From positions 1 to 33,055 of the forward strand of contig JAWOHE010000008.1 in the NCBI GenBank assembly GCA_046485285.1: DNA of 33,055 bases. Direction: 5' to 3'. Both the position numbers and the translations under genes were made by a program. Origin of the DNA: a bacterium. Its GTDB lineage: Bacteria > Hydrothermota > Tepidihabitantia > Tepidihabitantales > Tepidihabitantaceae. Positions 16,759 to 26,130 of this stretch are shown here, piece by piece. How positions within the stretch are numbered: position 1 is the stretch's first letter; each line of letters opens with the position of its first letter. The notes beneath the pieces are model-generated. The model saw only the letters and a list, made by a program, of their open reading frames with translations. It ran no database searches and had not been told where the DNA came from.

Positions 16759-17739
16759 ATGAACCTATTCGTGCGCGCGGTCGGGCTGAGCGTTCTCGCG
16801 GCGGTCGGCGGCTGTACCGCCGGGCCGGTGGCGCCGTCGCCGCTGGTCGGGGTCGTGGTTATCAACGAGTTCATGGCCGCGAACCGGAGCGTCATCGCCG
16901 ACGAGGCGGGCGACTACGACGACTGGGTCGAACTGCACAACCTCGGCGACAAGGACGTCCGGCTCGGGGCGATGTTCCTGACCGACGACCTCGCGGTGCC
17001 GATGAAGTGGGCGTTCCCGGACACGGTCCTGCACCCGGGCGACTTCCTGCTGGTCTGGTGCGACGGCGAGTTCAAGGAGGGGCCGCTCCACACCTCGTTC
17101 AAGCTGAACGCCGACAAGGGCGAGCAGCTCGGGCTCTTCGTCACCGACGGCGACCGGGTGATGTTCGTCGACACGCTGACCTTCGGGCCGCAGTACACCG
17201 ACACGTCGTTCGGCCGGATACCGGACGGCGGGGCGTGGCGGTCGCTGGCCCGGCCGACGCCGGGCGGCCCGAACAGCGACGGCGCGTCGGCGCAGCGCGG
17301 GACGCTGTTCCTCAACGAGTTCCTCGCCGACAACGGCTCGGTGCTGACCGACGAGCGGGGCGACTACGACGACTGGGTCGAGCTCCACAACGCCGGGGCG
17401 GGGCCGGTCCGGCTCGGCGGGCTGTACCTGACCGACGACTGGCGCGCGCCGCGGAAGTGGGCGTTCCCGGACACGGTGATTGCCGCGGGCGGGTTCCTGC
17501 TGGTCTGGTGCGACGGCGAGCCGGACGAGGGTCCGCTCCACGCGACGTTCGGGCTCAACGCGACGACCGGCGAGGAGCTCGGGCTGTTCGAGCCGGACCC
17601 GCCGTTCGTGCTGGTCATCGATACGCTCCGCTTCGGGCCCCAGCGCACCGACACCTCGTACGGCCGCCTGCCCGACGGCGGCGAGCAGTGGCTGTTGATG
17701 CCGGAGCCGACGCCGCGCCGGCCCAATACCGGACGCTAG
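16759..17739 (+). CDS. Lipoprotein with two lamin-tail domains (LTD)
   Basis: AGGAG SD + ATG 16759; lipobox VGGC; 2x (I/L)NEF(M/L)AxN…DYDDWVELHN…LTDD…FLLVWCDGE…PTP. Confidence 0.85.
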   Translation: MNLFVRAVGLSVLAAVGGCTAGPVAPSPLVGVVVINEFMAANRSVIADEAGDYDDWVELHNLGDKDVRLGAMFLTDDLAVPMKWAFPDTVLHPGDFLLVWCDGEFKEGPLHTSFKLNADKGEQLGLFVTDGDRVMFVDTLTFGPQYTDTSFGRIPDGGAWRSLARPTPGGPNSDGASAQRGTLFLNEFLADNGSVLTDERGDYDDWVELHNAGAGPVRLGGLYLTDDWRAPRKWAFPDTVIAAGGFLLVWCDGEPDEGPLHATFGLNATTGEELGLFEPDPPFVLVIDTLRFGPQRTDTSYGRLPDGGEQWLLMPEPTPRRPNTGR

Positions 17740-17746
17740 CCGGCCG

Positions 17747-19990
17747 ATGCGCCCGCTCGCGCTGACACTGGCCCTCGCCGCGGCCGGGACCGCGGGTTTC
17801 TTCGACGACGGGCGGGTCAACTTCATCGAGCTCCGTTTCGCCGAGCCGGACTGGGACGAGATCCTCGACAGCCTCTACGCGCGCGGGCTCGAGGAGCGGC
17901 TGGCCGGGACCGCGATCGTCAACGGGGTCCGCTTCGACAGCGTCGGGGTGCGCTACAAGGGCCACAGCTCCTACAACCCGTCCCGGCGCAAGAACCCGCT
18001 CAACATCAAGCTCGACTACCGGTTCCCGGACCAGGAGATCGAGGGCCACGGTACCCTACGGCTCGCCAACGTCTACAAGGACCCGAGTTTCGTCCGCGAG
18101 ACGGTGAGCTACGAGATCGCCCGGCGCTACATGGCGGCGGGCCGGGCGAACTACGCCGGCGTCACGATCAACGACATGCCGGTCGGGCTCTACACGAACA
18201 TCGAGGACGTCGACAAGCGGTTCCTGCGCGAGCGGTTCGGGTCGGACGGCGGCGCGAAGTTCAAGGGCCAGATGGACGACAGCGCGCCGGGCGCGGGCTG
18301 GAAGTACTACGGCGCGGACAGCGCGGCCTACCGGCGCTACTACGAGCTCGAGTCGGACTCGGGCTGGCGCGAGCTGGTCGGTTTCCTCGACACGATCGTG
18401 AACCACCGGGCCGCGGCCGAGGAAGTCCTCGACGTCGACCGCCACCTCTGGATGCTGGCGTTCGACATCGTGATGGTGAACCTCGATGCGCCGATAAACA
18501 TGCCCCAGAACTACTACCTCTACCGGCACGACGGCCGGTTCAGCCCGGCGGTCTGGGACCTGAACGAGAACTTCGGCGCTTTCCGGGACGTGATCGGCGT
18601 CGGCCAGTTGACGGTCGCGCAGATGCAGCAGTTCGACCCGTTCTTTCGCGCGGCGGACCCGGACTACCCGATCGCGGGCAGCTTCTTCACCGTGCCACGC
18701 CGGCGCAAGGCCTATGTCGCCCACGCGCGGACGATGATCGCGGAGTGCTTCGCGAGCGGCTGGTACGAGGATCGGGCGTTCGAGCTCCAGGACGCGATCG
18801 ACGCGCATGTCCGCGCCGACCCGAACAAGTTCTACAGCTACAATGATTTCACGAACAACGTCAACCGTTCGGTCGGCAGCGGGCCGCTGGCGATTGTCGG
18901 GCTGACCGAGCTGATGAACGTGCGGGTGGCGTACCTCGCGACCCGGCCCGAGTTCCAGGCCGAGCCGCCCGCGCTCGCCGACCCGGACGCGAGCCCGGCC
19001 CGTCCCCAGCCGGGCAATGACGTGCGGATAACGGTCCGGGCCGCGAACGCGGACTCTGTTTTTCTCGGCTGGCGGCAGACCCTGGCGGGCCGGTTTCACC
19101 GGGTCGCGATGCGCGACGACAGCGCGACCGGGACCTGGACGGCGATGGTCCGGGCCGGCGCGGGCGACCTTGACTACTGCTTCCACGCCGAGAACGCGGC
19201 CGCGGCGGCGTTCCTGCCCGCCCGGGCCGAGCACGAGTTCTTCACCCTGCCGGTCGCGGGCAGCGTCGTCATCAACGAGCTGATGGCGCTCAACGAGACG
19301 ACGGTCCGCGACCCGGCCGGCGAGTACGAGGACTGGGTTGAGCTCTACAACAACTCGACCGTGCCGGTCGCGCTCCGGGGCTGGTACCTGAGCGACGACA
19401 CCGCGAACCCGACGAAGTGGACCTTCCCGAACGTGACCATCCCGGCGGGCAGGTTCCTCGCAGTCTGGTGCGACGACGACGTCGGCCAGCCCGGCCTGCA
19501 CGCCAACTTCCAGCTCGCGGCCGGCGGCGAGGCGGTCGTGCTGACGAACTCCGACCTTGACCTGGCCGACCGGGTCGTCTTTGGCCAGCAGACCGCGGAC
19601 ATCAGCCACGGCCGCTGGCCGAACGGAACCGGTTCGTTCCGCAGAATGAACCCGACCTTCCTCGCCGCGAACGACAGCGGGGTCGGCATCGCGGCCGACG
19701 TCGCGGTCGCGGCCCGGCTCGAGGCGACCGCGCAGCCGAACCCGTTCCCGGGCCGGACGAGCATCCGCTGGGAGCTCACGGCGCCGGCGGTCGTAACGCT
19801 CCGGGTCTTCGACGCCGCGGGCCGGCTCGTCGCGACGCCCTGCGACGGGCCGATGGCGGCCGGCCGCCACGAAAGGTCTTTCGCCCCGGGCCCGGGCGCG
19901 CCGGGCGGGGTGTACTTCGCGCAACTGCAGGCCCGCGATGACGCGGGCGACTGCCTGACCGGGGCCATCAAGCTGGTCCGGACGAGGTAG
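17747..19990 (+). CDS. cotH: CotH kinase family protein + LTD + T9SS-like CTD
   Basis: VGVRYKGHSS, KNPLNIKLD, VRETVSY, GLYTNIEDVD, NYYLY, WDLNENFG; C-terminal LTD and PNPF…GVYF tail. Confidence 0.88.
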   Translation: MRPLALTLALAAAGTAGFFDDGRVNFIELRFAEPDWDEILDSLYARGLEERLAGTAIVNGVRFDSVGVRYKGHSSYNPSRRKNPLNIKLDYRFPDQEIEGHGTLRLANVYKDPSFVRETVSYEIARRYMAAGRANYAGVTINDMPVGLYTNIEDVDKRFLRERFGSDGGAKFKGQMDDSAPGAGWKYYGADSAAYRRYYELESDSGWRELVGFLDTIVNHRAAAEEVLDVDRHLWMLAFDIVMVNLDAPINMPQNYYLYRHDGRFSPAVWDLNENFGAFRDVIGVGQLTVAQMQQFDPFFRAADPDYPIAGSFFTVPRRRKAYVAHARTMIAECFASGWYEDRAFELQDAIDAHVRADPNKFYSYNDFTNNVNRSVGSGPLAIVGLTELMNVRVAYLATRPEFQAEPPALADPDASPARPQPGNDVRITVRAANADSVFLGWRQTLAGRFHRVAMRDDSATGTWTAMVRAGAGDLDYCFHAENAAAAAFLPARAEHEFFTLPVAGSVVINELMALNETTVRDPAGEYEDWVELYNNSTVPVALRGWYLSDDTANPTKWTFPNVTIPAGRFLAVWCDDDVGQPGLHANFQLAAGGEAVVLTNSDLDLADRVVFGQQTADISHGRWPNGTGSFRRMNPTFLAANDSGVGIAADVAVAARLEATAQPNPFPGRTSIRWELTAPAVVTLRVFDAAGRLVATPCDGPMAAGRHERSFAPGPGAPGGVYFAQLQARDDAGDCLTGAIKLVRTR

Positions 19991-20035
19991 CCGGATGCCG
20001 CGCCGGACCCGACGGAGACAGGACACGAGGAGCCA

Positions 20036-21499
20036 ATGAACAACCGCAAGCTGCCCATCGTCATCGCCGGGTTCGCGCTGGCCGCGCTCGCCGCCGGCCA
20101 GGCCTACGACGGCCTGACGCTCTACAACCCGATGATGAGCCGGAACGCCCGGCTGATAACCAACGACGGCCAGGCGGTGAACACCTGGTACTGCAACTCA
20201 AACCCGGCCTACATGCCGTACCTGATGCCGGACAGCACGATGTGGCGGCCCGGGGTGTACTCGGCCGCGTCGCTGCGCCCCGCGGCCTACGGCGGGCTCA
20301 TCGAGCGGTACTCGTGGGACGGCGACGTCATCCAGAGCTTCACCTGGTCCGGGGCCAACTACATCCAGCACCACGACATCCAGCCGATGCCGAACGGCAA
20401 CATCCTCGTCGTCTCGGTCGACCGCTACACCCGCGCCGAGGCCCAGGCGCTGGGCCGGGTCAGCATCTCGGGCAGTTACATCTGGTCCGAGATGATCGTC
20501 GAGTACGACCCGGTCGCGGATTCAGTGGTCTGGGCCTGGCGGGTCTGGGACCACCTCGTCCAGAACGTCGACCCGGCGAAGCCGAACTACGGCGTGATTT
20601 CCGAGTACCCGGGCCGGCTAGACATCAACGTCGGGGCGGTCCAGTTTCAGGGTGACTGGATCCACGTCAACGCGGTCGACTACTGGGAGGAGGAGGACCT
20701 CATCGTCTTCTGCTCGCACTACCTCCACGAACTCTACGTCATCGACCACTCGACGACGACCGAGGAGGCGCGGGGCTCGACCGGCGGCCGGCACGGCAGG
20801 GGCGGTGACTTCCTCTACCGCTGGGGCAACCCGCAGAACTACGGCCGGGGCACGTCGGAAGACCGGCATTTCTATGTCGTCCACGGCGCGAACTGGATAC
20901 AGCCGGGGCTCCCGGGCGCGGGCAACATCCTCGTCTTCAACAACGGCGACCGACCGGGCTCGGCCAACGACTACTCGGTCGTCGAGGAAATCACCCCGCC
21001 GCGCGATTCGCTGGGCGGTTTCCACATCCATTCGGACTCGGCGTTCGGGCCGGCCGAGCCGACCTGGTTCTACCAGAACCCGGGCGCGTTTTACTCCAAC
21101 CACCTGAGCGGCGCGTTCCGGATGCCAAACGGCAACACCTTCATGATCGAGGGCACGAGCGGCCGGATGACCGAGGTGACCGCCGAAAAGCAGGTCGTCT
21201 GGCAGTACAACATCGGCTCACAGACCGGCCGCGCGATCAAGTACCCGCGCGACTACGTCGTCGGGGTCGAGGCGGAGCGCCCGGCGCCTCACGCCGCGCG
21301 CCCGCCGCACGCGACGATCGCCCGCGGCAGGCTGTTCCTGCCCGGGGAGGGCGGCCGGGCGGAACTGCTTGACGCGGCCGGGCGCCGGGTGATGGTACTC
21401 GCGTCGGGCGCGAACGACGTGTCGCGACTCGCGCCCGGGGTGTATTTCGTCCGCGCGGGCGGGCCGGCCGGGGCGACCCGGGTCGTGCTGGCGAGGTAG
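20036..21499 (+). CDS. Arylsulfotransferase (ASST)-like beta-propeller 1 with T9SS-like tail
   Basis: QHHDIQPMPNGN, DWIHVNAV, IDHSTTT, LYRWGNPQNY, ILVFNNG. Confidence 0.85.
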   Translation: MNNRKLPIVIAGFALAALAAGQAYDGLTLYNPMMSRNARLITNDGQAVNTWYCNSNPAYMPYLMPDSTMWRPGVYSAASLRPAAYGGLIERYSWDGDVIQSFTWSGANYIQHHDIQPMPNGNILVVSVDRYTRAEAQALGRVSISGSYIWSEMIVEYDPVADSVVWAWRVWDHLVQNVDPAKPNYGVISEYPGRLDINVGAVQFQGDWIHVNAVDYWEEEDLIVFCSHYLHELYVIDHSTTTEEARGSTGGRHGRGGDFLYRWGNPQNYGRGTSEDRHFYVVHGANWIQPGLPGAGNILVFNNGDRPGSANDYSVVEEITPPRDSLGGFHIHSDSAFGPAEPTWFYQNPGAFYSNHLSGAFRMPNGNTFMIEGTSGRMTEVTAEKQVVWQYNIGSQTGRAIKYPRDYVVGVEAERPAPHAARPPHATIARGRLFLPGEGGRAELLDAAGRRVMVLASGANDVSRLAPGVYFVRAGGPAGATRVVLAR

Positions 21500-21501
21500 C
21501 G

Positions 21502-22995
21502 GTGAAGACGACACCGGGGCTGGCGGCCGCGGCGCTCCTGCTCTGCCTCGCGGCCGCGGCGCGGGCGCAGGTCTTCGACGGCCTGACGCTCTACAACTCG
21601 CTCTACAGCCGGGAGACCCGGCTGGTTGACAACGACGGCCGGACCGTGAACTCCTGGTACTGCCACTCGACCCCGGCCTACATGCCCTACCTGATGCCGG
21701 ACAGCACGCTCTGGCGGCCCGGGGCCTACTCGGGCGCGTCGATGCGCGGCGGCGTCTACGGCGGGCTCATCGAGCGCTACTCGTGGGACGGCGACACCAT
21801 CCAGAGTTTCCTCTGGTCCGACCAGAACCACCAGCAGCACCACGACATCCACCCGATGCCGAACGGACACATCCTGCTGCTGGCCTGGGAGCGCAAGACC
21901 CGGGCCGAGGCGCAGGCGATGGGCCGGGTCAGCATCACCGGCGAGATGTGGCCGGAGGAGATAATCGAGTACGACCCGGACGGCGACTCGGTCGTCTGGG
22001 CGTGGCGGGTCTGGGACCACCTGATCCAGGACGTCGACCCGGCGAAGCCGAATTACGGCGTCGTCCGCGACCACCCGGAGCGCATCGACGTCAACCTCGG
22101 CACGCTGTTCAGCTACGGCGACTGGATTCACGCCAACATCGTCGAGTACAGCGAGGAGCGGGACGAAATCGTCTTCAGCTCCCACTTCCTCAACGAACTC
22201 TACGTCATCGACCACTCGACGACGACCGAGGAGGCGCGGGGCTCGACCGGCGGCCGGCACGGCAAGGGCGGCGACATCCTCTACCGCTGGGGCAACCCGC
22301 AGAACTACCGGCGGGGCGGGCCGGAGGACCAGCACTTCTTCGTCGTCCACGGCGCAAACTGGATCAAGCCCGGGCTCCGCGGCGCGGGCAACATCCTCGT
22401 CTTCAACAACGGCGACCGGCCCGGCAACCAGAACGACTACTCGAGCGTCGAGGAAATCACCCCGCCGCTCGACTCCAGCGACCACTACTACATCCACCCG
22501 GACTCGGCCTTCGGCCCGGCCGCGCCGGGCTGGACCTACTCGAACCCGGGCGTGTTCTACTCCGGGCACATGTCGGGCGCGTACCGCCTGCCCAACGACA
22601 ACACGGTCATCTGCGAGGCGGTCAGCGGCCGGGTGACCGAGGTGACCTGCGACGGCGACATTGTCTGGACGTTCAACGCCGGGAACTGGACCGGCCGGGT
22701 CATCAAGTACCCGCGTGACTACATCGTCGGGGTCGAGGCGGAGCACCCGGCGCCTCACGCCGCGGGGCCGGCGCACGCGACAATCGTCCGCGGCACGCTG
22801 TACCTGCGGCCCTCATCCTACCCTCTCCCAGTGGGAGAGGGGCAGGAGGTGAGGGGGCGAAGCCTCCTGCTCGATGCCTCGGGCCGCCGGGTGATGGCGC
22901 TCGCGCCGGGTGCGAACGACGTGTCGCGGCTCGCGCACGGGGTGTATTTCGTACGGTCGGCGCCCGGCGTCACCAGGGCCCTCGTTACCAGATAG
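21502..22995 (+). CDS. Arylsulfotransferase (ASST)-like beta-propeller 2 (tandem paralog)
   Basis: Same motifs as 20036-21499, with long identical peptide stretches. Confidence 0.85.
   Translation: MKTTPGLAAAALLLCLAAAARAQVFDGLTLYNSLYSRETRLVDNDGRTVNSWYCHSTPAYMPYLMPDSTLWRPGAYSGASMRGGVYGGLIERYSWDGDTIQSFLWSDQNHQQHHDIHPMPNGHILLLAWERKTRAEAQAMGRVSITGEMWPEEIIEYDPDGDSVVWAWRVWDHLIQDVDPAKPNYGVVRDHPERIDVNLGTLFSYGDWIHANIVEYSEERDEIVFSSHFLNELYVIDHSTTTEEARGSTGGRHGKGGDILYRWGNPQNYRRGGPEDQHFFVVHGANWIKPGLRGAGNILVFNNGDRPGNQNDYSSVEEITPPLDSSDHYYIHPDSAFGPAAPGWTYSNPGVFYSGHMSGAYRLPNDNTVICEAVSGRVTEVTCDGDIVWTFNAGNWTGRVIKYPRDYIVGVEAEHPAPHAAGPAHATIVRGTLYLRPSSYPLPVGEGQEVRGRSLLLDASGRRVMALAPGANDVSRLAHGVYFVRSAPGVTRALVTR
22810..22855. 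repeat. Palindromic REP-like element inserted in-frame in a CDS
   Basis: CCCTCA TCCT A CCCTCTCCCA G TGGGAGAGGG GC AGGA GG TGAGGG; encodes PSSYPLPVGEGQEVRG. Confidence 0.75.
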
Positions 22996-23004
22996 GAGAT
23001 TGCG

Positions 23005-24564
23005 ATGAAGGAGAGAAGCTGTCTTTGCACCCTCCTGGTGCTTGGGGCGCTGGTGTCGTGCCCGGCCCAGGGCTGGCTGGCGCGGTACGACGGCCCGGCC
23101 GGCGACGAGGACGAGGCGCGGGCGATCGCGGCCGACGGCGCGGGCGGGGTCTACGTCACCGGCCAGAGCTGGGGAAGCACCTTTGACTGGGCGACGGTCC
23201 GCTACGGCCCGTCCGGGAACCAGCTCTGGGTCAGCCGCTACGACGGCCCGGCCGGCGGGTTCGACGGCGCGCGGGCGGTCGCGGCACAGGGCGACCGGGT
23301 CGTCGTCACCGGCGCGAGCGCGGCCGCCAACATGTTCGACGACATGCTGACCATCGCCTACACCACCGCCGGCGAGACGGCCTGGACCGCCCGCTACGAC
23401 GGCCCGGGCCAGGCCAATGACGCCGGCCTGGCGGTCGGCTTCGACCCGGCCGGCCGGGTCTACGTCACCGGCTACTCCAACGGCGGCGGCGAGTTCTGGG
23501 ACTTCACGACCGCCTGCTACAGCCCGGCCGGGGCCGAGCTCTGGCTGGTCCGGCACCCGACCGAGGACGAGAGCTACGCGGTCGGGCTCGCGGTCGACGA
23601 GGCCGGCAACTGCCACGTCACCGGCTCGTCCGGCAGTCCCTACACGATGAGCTGGGACTACCTGACGATCAAGTACGACTCGGCCGGGAACGAACTCTGG
23701 GGCGCCCGCTACAACGGCCCGGCCGACGAGCACGACGAGGCCCGGGCGATCGCGCTCGACGCGGCCGGCAACGTCTACGTCACCGGCGGCAGCGCCCGGC
23801 CCGGGACCAACGCCGACTTCACGACGATCAAGTACAGCCCGGCCGGCGAGACGCTCTGGCTGCGGCGCTACGACGGCCCGGCGAGCGGGGCCGACTGGGC
23901 GAACGCGATCGCGGTCGACGCGGCCGGCAACGCCTACGTCACCGGCTCGAGTCAGGGCACGACGACCGACGTCGACTACGCGACGGTCAAGTACGCGCCG
24001 GACGGGACCCAGCTCTGGGTCGCCCACTACGACGGCCCGGCAAGCGGCTACGACGAGGCGCGGGCGATCGCGGCCGACGTCGACGGCATCTACGTCACCG
24101 GCGCGAGCGCCGGCGACGGGACCAGGGCCGACTACGCGACGGTCAAGTACGACTTCGCGGGCCGGCAGGAGTGGGTCAGTCGCTACGACGGCCCGGCGAG
24201 CCGGTTCGACGAGCCGCGCGGGATCGCGCTCGACGGCACGGGCGGGGTCTGCGTCACCGGGTTCAGCGTCGGCGACGGCACCGGCGCCGACTACGCGACC
24301 CTTCGCTATGCGACCTGCGGCGCGGCCGAGCCGGCGCCGGGCGACCGGCGCGTCGCGGCCCGCTCCGGCCCGACCATCGTCCGGGGCCGGCTGGTCCTCG
24401 GCTCGGGGTTCGCGGCACCGGGGTCGGACGCGGTCCTGCTCGACGCGGCCGGACGCCGGGTTATGGCGCTCGCGCCGGGCGCGAACGACATGGCCCGGCT
24501 CGCGCCCGGGGTCTATTTCGCCCGGTCCGGGAACGCGGTCGCAAGGGTCGTGGTCGGGAAGTAG
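23005..24564 (+). CDS. SBBP-repeat beta-propeller secreted protein with T9SS-like tail
   Basis: About 7 repeats of WxxRYDGP…D.ARAIA.D..GNVYVTG.S…DYATVKY; AGGAG SD. Confidence 0.85.
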   Translation: MKERSCLCTLLVLGALVSCPAQGWLARYDGPAGDEDEARAIAADGAGGVYVTGQSWGSTFDWATVRYGPSGNQLWVSRYDGPAGGFDGARAVAAQGDRVVVTGASAAANMFDDMLTIAYTTAGETAWTARYDGPGQANDAGLAVGFDPAGRVYVTGYSNGGGEFWDFTTACYSPAGAELWLVRHPTEDESYAVGLAVDEAGNCHVTGSSGSPYTMSWDYLTIKYDSAGNELWGARYNGPADEHDEARAIALDAAGNVYVTGGSARPGTNADFTTIKYSPAGETLWLRRYDGPASGADWANAIAVDAAGNAYVTGSSQGTTTDVDYATVKYAPDGTQLWVAHYDGPASGYDEARAIAADVDGIYVTGASAGDGTRADYATVKYDFAGRQEWVSRYDGPASRFDEPRGIALDGTGGVCVTGFSVGDGTGADYATLRYATCGAAEPAPGDRRVAARSGPTIVRGRLVLGSGFAAPGSDAVLLDAAGRRVMALAPGANDMARLAPGVYFARSGNAVARVVVGK

Positions 24565-24572
24565 CCCGGGCG

Positions 24573-25409
24573 GTGGCATCGACCGGGGACGGACGACCGG
24601 CCGGAATCACCGCCGGCGCGCGGACCGAGTTCCGGCTCGAATACAAGTTCCTGACGCCGATGAAGTTCCTACCCGAAATCCGGGCCGCGATGATGCCCTG
24701 GCTCCGGCTCGACGACTTCAGCGCGTCGCGGCCGGACCGGCAGTACACCGTCCGGAGCATCTACTACGACAACCGGCGGTTCGACTGCTACGAGGAGAAG
24801 GTCGAGGGCTTCACCGCCAAGCGCAAGCTCCGGATCCGGGGCTACGACCAGCCCGGCCCGGACAGCCGGGTCTTCCTCGAAATCAAGTACAAGAACCAGG
24901 ACTACATCGGCAAGAGCCGGGCGCCGGTGCCGTGGGACCGGCTGCCGGCGGTCTTCGACCCGGGCCGGGCCGGCGCGCCCTGGAAGCCGGGCAGCCCGGC
25001 CGAGGCCGCGGCCCGGCGCTTCCTCTACCACTACCACCGCCGGCGGATGCTGCCGGTCGTGCTGGTCGCCTACGAGCGCGAGGCGTTCTACAGCCGGTTC
25101 GACCGGACGCTCCGGATAACCTTCGACAAGAACGTCCGCAGCCGGCTCTACCCGGACCTCGGCTCGCTCTACGTCGACCGCGGCGCGAAGTTCGAGGCGC
25201 CCGGCCTGTTCGTGCTCGAGGTCAAGTTCTTCAGCAGCCTGCCGCGCTGGGTGCGGGACATCGCGACCCGGTTCGACCTGCTCCGGGTCGCCAACTCCAA
25301 GTACGCGCTCGGCATCGAGTGCCAGCGGGTCGAGAAGAAGTTCCTGCGCGGCGTCGGCCATTGGGGCGAGCGCTTCCCGGCGCCGGCCCGGCCGGGAGCC
25401 GCCGCGTGA
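24573..25409 (+). CDS. VTC (polyphosphate polymerase, CYTH/TTM) domain protein
   Basis: RLEYKF, VRSIYYD, KLRIRGY, FLEIKYK, YEREA, RITFD, VLEVKF, SKY; start reassigned to GTG 24573 after the upstream stop. Confidence 0.88.
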   Translation: MASTGDGRPAGITAGARTEFRLEYKFLTPMKFLPEIRAAMMPWLRLDDFSASRPDRQYTVRSIYYDNRRFDCYEEKVEGFTAKRKLRIRGYDQPGPDSRVFLEIKYKNQDYIGKSRAPVPWDRLPAVFDPGRAGAPWKPGSPAEAAARRFLYHYHRRRMLPVVLVAYEREAFYSRFDRTLRITFDKNVRSRLYPDLGSLYVDRGAKFEAPGLFVLEVKFFSSLPRWVRDIATRFDLLRVANSKYALGIECQRVEKKFLRGVGHWGERFPAPARPGAAA

Positions 25410-25443
25410 CCGCGAATACGCCCGACAGTGAGGAGTCGCCGCA

Positions 25444-26130
25444 ATGACGGGATTGCTCAACAACATCACCCAAGACCTGAACCTGCTTCCACTCCAGGCG
25501 CCGGTCGTCATCGCCAAGATCGCGGTGGCGTTCATCTGCGCCTTCTTCATCGCCTTCATCTACCGGAAGACCTACCGCGGGCCGGGCTACTCGGTCGCCT
25601 ACACCCACACGCTGATCCTGCTCTCGATGGCGACCGCGGTCGTGATAATGGTCATCGGCAACAACCTCGCCCGCGCCTTCGGGCTGGTCGGCGCGATGTC
25701 GATCGTCCGGTTCCGCCACGCGGTCAAGAACACCCAGGACATCGTCTACGTCTTCCTCTCGCTCGCGGTCGGGATGGCGTCCGGGGTCGGCTTCTACACC
25801 ATCGCCATCACCGGGACGCTGTTCATCGGCCTGATCGTCTACCTGCTCGCGAAGTCCCGGCTCGGCACGCCGACGCGCAACGACTACCTGCTCCAGTTCA
25901 ACTCCCGCTCGGCCGGCGGCCCGGACGCGCCCTGGCTCGCGGTGCTGGCGAAGCACTGCCGCAAGCTGACGCCGATAAACGTCCGCAGCCTCGGCGACAC
26001 CGACCTGATCGAGCTCTCCTACTACGTCCGGCTCAAGGACCCGGCCCGGGGCGACGCGCTCATCGAGGAACTCAACCGGGCGCGCGGGATCGAGAGCGTC
26101 AACCTGTTCTTCGACGAAGAGCAGATCTAG
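25444..26130 (+). CDS. DUF4956 family membrane protein
   Basis: IGNNLARAFGLVGAMSIVRFR, GMASGVG; GAGGAG SD; adjacent to VTC. Confidence 0.88.
   Translation: MTGLLNNITQDLNLLPLQAPVVIAKIAVAFICAFFIAFIYRKTYRGPGYSVAYTHTLILLSMATAVVIMVIGNNLARAFGLVGAMSIVRFRHAVKNTQDIVYVFLSLAVGMASGVGFYTIAITGTLFIGLIVYLLAKSRLGTPTRNDYLLQFNSRSAGGPDAPWLAVLAKHCRKLTPINVRSLGDTDLIELSYYVRLKDPARGDALIEELNRARGIESVNLFFDEEQI

Noticed and set aside
20036-22995. Diversity-generating retroelement (TR/VR) among duplicated segments
   Set aside because: No reverse transcriptase; differences are not adenine-specific; both copies are full paralogous genes
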